A DNA stretch of 64,000 nucleotides from Octopus sinensis (taxonomy: Eukaryota). The notes below the pieces were generated by a model. That model did no database searches and was not told the DNA's origin. It saw only the letters and a list, made by a program, of their open reading frames with translations. Where the stretch lies: contig NC_043005.1 of NCBI RefSeq assembly GCF_006345805.1, positions 19,282,001-19,346,000 on the forward strand. Direction: 5' to 3'. This document shows positions 54,638-64,000 of this stretch, in pieces. Each line of letters starts with the position of its first letter. Position 1 is the first letter of the stretch. The position numbers and the translations under genes are program-made.

Positions 54638-55200
54638 ATTAATCTCCTACGAACTCTCCAAAACCACCACCATAAACTCCATTTTTACAGATAAGTGGTT
54701 GATCTTAAAACTACATCCCTTTCTACCTGGAGTTTGTAGAAGAGGCATGTGATTGGACGCTTTACCAATTCCTACTTCTGCTCTCCTTTTGACAATTGAA
54801 ATGTACAAACTTTTCCCGGTTTGTCTTGGCGAATTCATTGCGACAATAGATTAGTAAGCAACAGGTAGAAAAGTACCTGAAGAAACGGATCACTGAACAG
54901 TACCTTAAAGTTAAATAAAATGTGTTCGGTAAGTCTTTTGAAACATAGCTAAGTACTTCAACAGACTTATTGCATAATTAGTAACGTTTGTTGCTTTATA
55001 GTATAGTTGTATAATTCGGTTATCTTCTCGAAATTTCTGGCTAATTTGATATTGGACGAAGCGGTTTGGATACATTGATTAATAAACTTCATTGATTGAT
55101 TATCAACCACTTCGTGTTATGTATAAAAGTCTTGTCTATGTTTGAGAGTAATCAACCGTCTGTACCATAACTATATTGGATCTCACTACTTTATTATATA

Positions 55201-56468
55201 TCAGGTGATCCCATAAGTTCTGTCCGAATTTTGAATAAAGAAAACAAGTGATCCAATGTTATATTTAATTGAAATTTAATCATTAGTGTACTTTCCTTGA
55301 TTATCTATGACTTCCTTCCATCTATTTACAAGCGTTTTAATCCCTTCAATGTAAAACTCTTTTGGTTTCAGAGCGAAGAACTCTGAAATGTCAGTTCCGA
55401 TCTCCTCCTGGCTTGCGAAAGTTATGTCCCCCAAATGGTTCTGTAAACTACGAAACAAATGGTAGTCTGAAGGAGCAAGGTCGGGAGAATAAGTAGATGA
55501 GGAATTTTTTCCCAACCAAGCTTTTTGATCTTCTGTGATGTGATCTTTGGAGTGTGGGGTCGCGCATTGTCCTGATGAAATATCACTATTTTTCGGTTCA
55601 CTAAAGTTTGGCTCAAACGTTCTAATTGCTGACAGTATACTTGAGCATTGATTGTTGCATTAGGCGGTAACAATTCAAAGTGAATTACTCCTTTGCAATC
55701 CAAACAGATATAGAGAAGACCCTTTTTCCTATGAAGTTCCCTTCTCGGTTGTGGTTGAGCTTTTCCCCTTTTACCAAGCCACTGTTTGCGACGTTTAACA
55801 TTTCGATAGAAGATCCATTTTTCGTCGCCAGTCACTAGTCTATCCCAAAAGGGTGAAATGTGTTCGCGAGAATGGAGAGAAGAGCATATCTCAACTCAGG
55901 ATTTGTGGTTGCTTTCGGACAATTCATGAGGAACCCATTTTCCAAGCTTAGGAAACTTTCCAAGTTGTTGAAGATGACGATGAGAAGTTGTATGGTTTGA
56001 ACCAAGCTTTATTGCTAATTCTTCAATTGATAATGCATGATTTTCTTTAAGTAATGAATCAAGGAACTTATCATCAAACTCAGCTGGACGTCCTGTTCGA
56101 TCTTCCTCTTCAAGACTGAAATCTCTGCTTCTGAATTTTGTAAACCATCTTCTGCAAGTTCTTTCATTCAAGCATTCTTTCCCATAAAGTAAGCGTATGT
56201 TTCGAGTCGCTTCGGCTGCAGAGTTTCCTTTTTTTTGTACTCATAAAGCATTATGTGTCTCAAATGCTCTTTGGTTACTTCCACGTTAGAAAGGGTTTTA
56301 ATTAAAGAAATTTTCATTCTATTATTCTGTAAAATAATATTTAATTAGTTTAAATGTACACAAGTGCATAAAAATAATTTTTAATTCCATTAGACATTCT
56401 AAAATACTATTAAATTTCGTTCAATTTAAAAAAAGGTAAAATCGGACATAAGTTATGGGAAGACCTGA
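55201..56468 (-). mobile_element. Full-length mariner (DD34D-type) transposon, inactive
   Basis: Imperfect TIRs of about 30 bp, TCAGGTGATCCCATAAGTTCTGTCCGA / TCGGACATAAGTTATGGGAAGACCTGA; TA TSD; 1268 bp. Confidence 0.93.
55276..56284 (-). pseudogene. Mariner transposase pseudogene
   Basis: HLRHIMLYE.KKG, WVPHEL, TGDEKW, HQDNARPH and YSPDLAPSDYHLF spread over several frames; start codon reads GTG. Confidence 0.93.
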
Positions 56469-57150
56469 TACATGTGTGTGTATGTGTGTGTGTGTGTGTG
56501 TAAATATGCTCATTATATGTGTACATAAATATATACATACATATTTCAGTAATGTTGATTATTGTTTCAGTTTGCCAATTATCCAAAGTATCGTGCCATC
56601 TGATCGTCTTTTTTTTTTTCTTATAAATGAGTACAATTTTCCTGACATACAGTATTGAAAAAAAAACAGCGTGTCGGTTTGTATTTCCAGTTTGTCTATA
56701 TTTTCTTATATTCGATTCCTGTTTGCTAACGGTAGCCTTGTTGAACGAAAAATTTTAAACTTGAGCTTATTAACGTTGCCTCTCTCCATTTTATGGTATC
56801 CTTTTCAATATAAAACCAATGCTCCTTTTAGGTATTTATCATTACTGCTACTCTTAGCTTCAGATTGATACGAGTCGATGTTTTAAGGCTTGCTTTTTAT
56901 ACTAGTGTTGACGTACTTTTTGCGGTTTCAACAATGATTGTTATATTTTTCCTGAAATATTTTACGATAGTTACGGTCAATTGAGAAATATTTCTATGTT
57001 AATGTTAAGATGTCCTTAGTTGCATTCGTTAATACATTCTTGTAGAAAGCCAAGTTCAACAAGATGATATCACATATTTCTATGTTTGCTACATTGCTGT
57101 TGGCACCGATGCAAGAAATTAATTTTTTTTCTTTGAGTCGACTTTCATCT

Positions 57151-57285
57151 TGTGTGTTATTCTATCGCTTGGCAGATTTGTTGAACACGGCTCTATCTAA
57201 TGAATATATAGGTAATTTTCCGACTATATTAAATTTCATTAAATGGTGTTTGTTGAATATAATGTCTAATATAATGTAAAATCCT

Positions 57286-57323
<38 letters not shown>

Positions 57324-57516
57324 GACATTACATTATATTAGATACGAGTTATATTAATTATATAAATATCCGAATAAAAGTTAATTTACATAAGCCAATG
57401 GCTTAACCATTCAACAAACACCATTTAATGAAATGTAATATAGTCAGAAAGTTACCTATATATTCATTAGATAGAGCCGTGTTCAACAAAGATGCCAAGC
57501 GATAGGATAACACACA
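57151..57516. repeat. Inverted repeat, about 108-bp arms (57151-57258 / 57409-57516) around (CT)n(TA)n
   Basis: TTGTTGAACACGGCTCTATCTAATGAATATATAGGTAA versus TTACCTATATATTCATTAGATAGAGCCGTGTTCAACAA. Confidence 0.9.
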
Positions 57517-57535
57517 CACACACAACACACACACA

Positions 57536-57566
<31 letters not shown>

Positions 57567-57620
57567 AACAAACACACACACACATACAACACACACACAA
57601 ACATATATATATATATATAT

Positions 57621-57676
57621 AATCAAAATAAGCAACAGGATATCAAGTACTTGATATCCTGTTGCTTATTTTGATT
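57621..57676. repeat. Perfect 56-bp palindrome abutting (TA)n
   Basis: AATCAAAATAAGCAACAGGATATCAAGT|ACTTGATATCCTGTTGCTTATTTTGATT. Confidence 0.95.
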
Positions 57677-57881
57677 TTATTTACCTTACTTCGAGCTGTG
57701 TGGATAATACCAGACTGACTTGGTGCTTCAACTTAAGTACCTAATTCAACTGAATCTTTATATATATATTCTCTTATTTTTTTCTCTTATTCTTTGTAAA
57801 CTCACCATCATCGGTTGTCAAGCGATGTTGTGTGTGTGTGTGTGGGGGGGGGGCAAACACAGACACACAAACATTTATATA

Positions 57882-57925
<44 letters not shown>

Positions 57926-58124
57926 TACGATGATTTTTTTTTACAGAAAAACTTTTTCATCAAAAAGTGGCAGCATATTAGAATACCTTAAAATGCTAAA
58001 ATTATAACCAACTTATAAACAAGGACAGAAGAAAAATTATTTCCATCCCAATATGCTGATAACAGACTTTTAAATCGTCAATTTCCACATATTATTATAT
58101 ACCCACTACAGAAATATATCTATA

Positions 58125-58290
58125 TATGACGGGATTCTTTCAGTTTCTGTCTACCAAATCCACTCACAAGGCTTTAGTCGGCCCGAGGCTATAGTAGAAG
58201 ACACTTGCCCAAAGTGCCATGCATTGGGACTGAACCCGAAACCATATGGTTGGTAAGCAAGCTACATACCACACAGCCACTCCTGCACCT
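58125..58290 (-). mobile_element. SINE family A head (tail fragment near 57805-57875)
   Basis: CCAAATCCACTCACAAGGCTTT..GGGACTGAACCCG..CACACAGCCACTCCTGCACC. Confidence 0.82.
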
Positions 58291-58545
58291 ATATATATAT
58301 ATATGTATATGTTCGTAGCCACTTTATGATGGATGTCCGTTCGAACGGACTTTTACTGGGACTTTTTAACATCTCCTCTAGCTGGTTAACGATGCACAGC
58401 TGTAGCTGAGATATTGCAAGCAAGGAAGCAAACCCCTACCACCTTCTAGCGACATGACCAGCAGACCAGTCTTGTCTCGGGCTATTCTTGCCTCTCTTTA
58501 GTATACTTATAAATAAATAAATAAATACATATATATATAAATATA

Positions 58546-58647
<102 letters not shown>

Positions 58648-58670
58648 CATATATATATATGTATATATAC

Positions 58671-58720
<50 letters not shown>

Positions 58721-58824
58721 GTATGTATGTATTATGTATGTATGTATGTATGTATGTATGTATGTATGTATGTATATAGCCACTACACATTCTATTTTTT
58801 CTCTCCTTGTTTCTTGCTGTGTTC

Positions 58825-58860
58825 CTTTCTGTGGAAGAGCGTAGGCTCGAAACGTTAAAG
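58825..58860 (+). ncRNA. Minimal hammerhead variant
   Basis: CTTT-CTGTGGA-A-GAGC-GTAG-GCTC-GAAAC-GTT-AAAG; same architecture as 24319-24353; core A6 altered. Confidence 0.5.
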
Positions 58861-58970
58861 ACTTTTTCACTTCCCGAGCGTTATACTAATACATCTGTTG
58901 TTGTCTACACCACCTATTTTCGTCTTCTGGCTCTTTGTGAATTCTCCAAATATGTATGCATGTATGTATG

Positions 58971-59020
<50 letters not shown>

Positions 59021-59025
<5 letters not shown>

Positions 59026-59668
59026 AATTCATAATTAAGGGCAAACGAAAAAATGTCTAATGTCAGATATGTCGAACAATTGGACATATTGTCCATTTAA
59101 CCATATAATTGTTTCACAATATGCACGCTACTCGAAAAAGATCGACAGCAATTTCTAAAACATTCCATTATTACCATATCGGTCCGATTTCAGGGTTAGC
59201 TTATAACAGCCCTCCCTTCGACAGTGATACATGTGGCAAAAGAAATAAATGAGATACTTACTCATACCCATAGAAGAAGCGAACGCTAAATCATGAGCAC
59301 AATTAAGTACCCCAAATATATCCAAAATAGAAATACTCCAGCCCATTCGAGACACGTGCGATTTGAACTAATGCTCTCACAGAGTGAAAGAGTCCGGAAG
59401 TGAACGCTTAAATTTATATCTAATGAAGGATAAAAATTGTTATTTTTCGAAAAAATATTCTTTTCCCCCAAAAAATTTATCAATGGCCAGCATATCAAAA
59501 GATACTTTTAAAGGTTAAATCTATAAACAATTCATAATTAAGGGCAAACGAAAAAATTTCTAATGCCAGATATGCCGAAAAATTGGACATATTGTCCATT
59601 TAACCATATAATTTTTTCACAATATGCACGCTACTCGAAGAAAGGTCGACAGCAATTTCTAAAATATT
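59021..59668. mobile_element. LTR/pLTR-like direct repeats (about 145 bp; 59021-59165 and 59524-59668) around a non-coding interior, in (TA)n
   Basis: TAAACAATTCATAATTAAGGGCAAACGAAAAAAT...TCGACAGCAATTTCTAAAA occurs twice with scattered substitutions. Confidence 0.7.
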
Positions 59669-60856
59669 CGGATTTTATATATTCTAAAGCATTCAGAATA
59701 TATATATATATATGCACGTATGTTTGTATGCTTGTATATACACGCACATATATATATGCACGGATATACATATATATGTGTGGGTATTCACACACACACA
59801 CCCACATTATAGTTTAGAATCTTCAGAAATATCACGTATTACTTGTTACCTAGAATATATTTTAACACACTATTATTACTACTATATCAAACTGGGAAGT
59901 CTTGATTTATCGCGAAGTGGTCTGTTATACATTTCTATTCTTTCCTTTCTCCTTATATACTATAGTCAGGTCCTAGTCACTCACACATACACTCCACATT
60001 CCGCTGAAGACACTTCTAATATACTTGAGCACATTATCTTACTGTACCGTTTTTAATACCGGCTAAGTATCTCAATTGACTGTTAGTTTCTTTATGATTA
60101 CTGTTCATATTTTCCCTTTCAAAAATGTATTATAAAGATGGTAATAAATTATATAGATTTATCCGTTATATGCAAGAGAAGAAATTTTAGGCTAAACTAG
60201 TTATTTGTGCTTCATATTCAATGCAAATACATTATAGACGTGCTGTGTTCAAAGACATAAATATGCAAGCAGCAGTCGAAACTAGTTCGACAATGGCGTT
60301 GAGAATGCTAGATACTCATTTCTCCCTCATTATGCTTTGTTAGTAGTATGTATTCGCTGACAGCTGCGTGCTAAGATAAAACCCGTTGCTATTAATATAC
60401 GAAAACAGTGATTAAAAATAATTGTTTTTGTAATTAACGCAATAAAAAATCCGTTAGATGGAACAGAAGTAGTATAAGATTAAAATAGCCAGCAGTGTAT
60501 CATATTTAAATGCAAATGTGCCGCAAAAATTCAAACTAATTAGGGTATCCATCCGGAGTGATGTATCCCTTATTGACGTAGTGTGTATAAAAACATTTAT
60601 ACATCAGTAGCAGACGAAAATCATTCGGTAGCAGTGGCGAGCATGCTAGATACACATTTTTGTTTCGTGGGGCTTTGTTAGCAGAATATAATTCCTCATA
60701 CAATCCCCATATATACAAACCTAAGATTATCCTTTACCGTAACGGCCAAGCCTAACGCATAAAACCATTTTGATCGGTTTCACATTCCAACTCTCTTCTT
60801 GTAACAAATCTTGACCGATTTGGTAGAGTGTCGGCTAACTTCTAGACAACCTATAC

Positions 60857-61009
60857 TTTAATCGAGCAACTCGACCCCGGGACTTATTCTTTGTAAGCCC
60901 AGTACTTATTCTATCGGTCTCTTTTTGCCGAACCGCTAAGTGACGGGGACATAACACACCAGCATCAGTTGTCAAGCAATGCTAGGGGGACAAACACAGA
61001 CACACAAGT

Positions 61010-61073
<64 letters not shown>

Positions 61074-61238
61074 TACGACGGGCTTCTTTCAGTTTCCGTC
61101 TACCAAATACACTCACAAGGCTTTGGTCGGCCCGAGGCTATAGTAGAAGACACTTGCCCAAGGTACCACGCAGTGGGACTGAACCCGGAACCATGTGGTT
61201 GGTTAGCAAGCTACTTACCACACAGCCACTCCTGCGCC
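60857..61238 (-). mobile_element. SINE family A
   Basis: Family A head and body with internal (TA)n. Confidence 0.87.
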
Positions 61239-61670
61239 TATGTTGATAACTATCAACGCTGTCTCTTCTTCTCCCTCTATCTCTATTTCTCTCTTTCTCT
61301 GCCTGGAAGATATCGTCAAAATTCAGGTCTGGAAACGTATCTGAATATCACGATGTCACTGGTGAGATATTGAGACGTTTTTGTTACCTCACCAGCTGAT
61401 GTTGCACTTAAAATACTTATTCCTTTCGCCACACAATGTGCTGTAGTTGTTGATATTTTTAGTGGTTGATTTGGCTGGACAAGTAAATCTATGGAACACC
61501 ATTGGAGAAAGCTGGCAGAATCGTTAGCATACCGGGCGAATTCCGCCGCGGTCTACTTTGCCTTCCATTCTTTCGGGGTCGATAAAATAAGTCCCAGTTG
61601 AGTACTGGGATCAATGTAATCGACTGCCTCCCTCCACCAAATTTCATCATCATCGTCATTATTATTATTA

Positions 61671-62445
<775 letters not shown>

Positions 62446-62988
62446 AGTTAATTAACTAATCAAGCTTTCTTGATTTATTGTTCGATTATGCTATCAATCG
62501 CTTGCTTTATCGGAGTCATTTAATTGCGCATTTTCGACCTCATCAATGACAAGTCGTTACCCTAGCTATGTCTTAGTATCTCCCAACTTTTGTTATTATA
62601 TTCCTAGTTTATTAGTGAGGTTGATTATAGGGTTGGCTATGTGTTTGTGTGTCTGTGTGTAAGGAAGGGGGGGGCGACATTTTTACGGTTAGAGTCTGAG
62701 CTGACTCTCTGTCCGTGCGTGTGTATAGGCGTCCGTATGTTTGCGCTCTCACATAAATGCATTCATGAGGTTTTTTAAATGAGCAGATTTTATTTTTAGT
62801 TCATGGCAAGTTTTCAGTCTTATCTCCTAGATCTCAAAGACATGCCTGCTTGTTTCAAGCTAGTTTATAAGAATCGTTCCGAAAGCAGACAAATAGCCCG
62901 AAATTGGGGCAAGTGGGATGCTGTGAACAACATCGCCTGTACTTCCGAACTATTGCTTTGTCCACCGAGTCTCATATCTACACACATA

Positions 62989-63150
62989 GGCGCAGGAGTT
63001 GCTGTGTGGTAAGTAACTTACTTACCAACCACATGGTTCCGGGTTCAGGCCCACTGCGTGGCACCTTGGGCAAGTGTCTTCTACTATAGCCCCGGGCCGA
63101 CCAAAGCCTTGTGAGTGTATTTGGTAGACGGAAACTGAAAGAAGCTCATC

Positions 63151-63201
<51 letters not shown>

Positions 63202-63232
63202 GACACACACACGCACACACACACACACACAC

Positions 63233-63289
<57 letters not shown>

Positions 63290-63527
63290 TATATGTGTGT
63301 GTGTGTGTGTGTATGTTTGTGTGTGTGTGGGTCTGTGATTACCACCTCCAACATCACTTGACAACCGATGCTGGTGTGTTTACTTTCCTGAAACTTACCG
63401 GTTCGGCAAAACAGACCGATAGAATAATATTAGGCTTACAAAGAACAATTCCTGGGGTCGATTTTCTCGACTAAAGGTGGTGCTCCAGCATGACCGCAGT
63501 CAAATGACTGAAACAAGTAAAAAGAAT
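62989..63527 (+). mobile_element. SINE family A, full length with expanded internal microsatellite
   Basis: GGCGCAGGAGTTGCTGTGTGGTAAG..GGTTCAGGCCC..CCTTGGGCAAGTGT..GAAACAAGTAAAAAGAATAAA. Confidence 0.88.
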
Positions 63528-63572
63528 AAAAAAAACTTGCATGCACGCCTGAATTCTTATCCACGCATACAC

Positions 63573-63942
63573 ACGGTTACGACGACGAGGATTCCGGTCG
63601 ATCCGATCAACGGAACATCCTGCTCGTGAAATTAACGTGTAAGTGGCTGAGCACTCCACAGACACGTGTACCCTTAACATAGTTCTCGGGGATATTCAGC
63701 GTGGCACAGAGAGTGACAAGGCCGGCCCTTTGAAATACAGGTACAACAGAAACAGGAAGTAAGAGTGAGAGAAAGTTGTGGTGAAAGAGTACAGCAGGGA
63801 TCACCACCATCCCCTGCCGGAGCCTCATGGAGCTTTTAGGTGTTTTCGCTCAATAAACACTCACAACGCCCGGTCTGGGAATCGAAACCGCGATCCTACG
63901 ACCGCGAGTCCGCTGCCCTAACCAGTGGGCCATTGCGCCTCC
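63573..63942 (-). mobile_element. SINE family D, full length
   Basis: GGAGGCGCAATGGCCCACTGGTTAGGGCAGCGG..GGTTTCGATTCCC head; body and tail run to CCTCGTCGTCGTAACCG. Confidence 0.85.
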
Positions 63943-64000
63943 ACAGCAAGTCAATATATAGTGGTGATTGCTCTGGCAGCAGCGGTGGTGGCGGTGGTGG

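Overview
AT-rich, repeat-saturated eukaryotic DNA. It is most likely intergenic or intronic sequence from an octopus (coleoid cephalopod), inferred from SINE families I recognise from memory, not from a search. No intact host protein-coding gene is supported, and almost all ORFs in the track are microsatellite translations. Contents: dense microsatellites; about 25 copies of at least five tRNA-derived SINE types; 5'-truncated LINEs (CR1-group, RTE, and three R4/Dong-like RLE elements stacked in (TAA)n tracts); a full-length dead mariner; an internally deleted pogo/Tc2-like element; MITEs; Helitron/Helentron pieces; a 39-bp minisatellite; and several local duplications. The most notable signal is a set of short non-coding inserts in or beside (TA)n tracts. 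They carry minimal type I hammerhead-ribozyme motifs (about 10 cores from about 6 unrelated sequence families, one fully canonical at 43256-43300) and/or fold-back hairpins. A nested 2-kb inverted duplication (35122-37103) holds four of the hammerhead cores. These look like Penelope-like/retrozyme-type elements, but no Penelope ORF is visible in the window.
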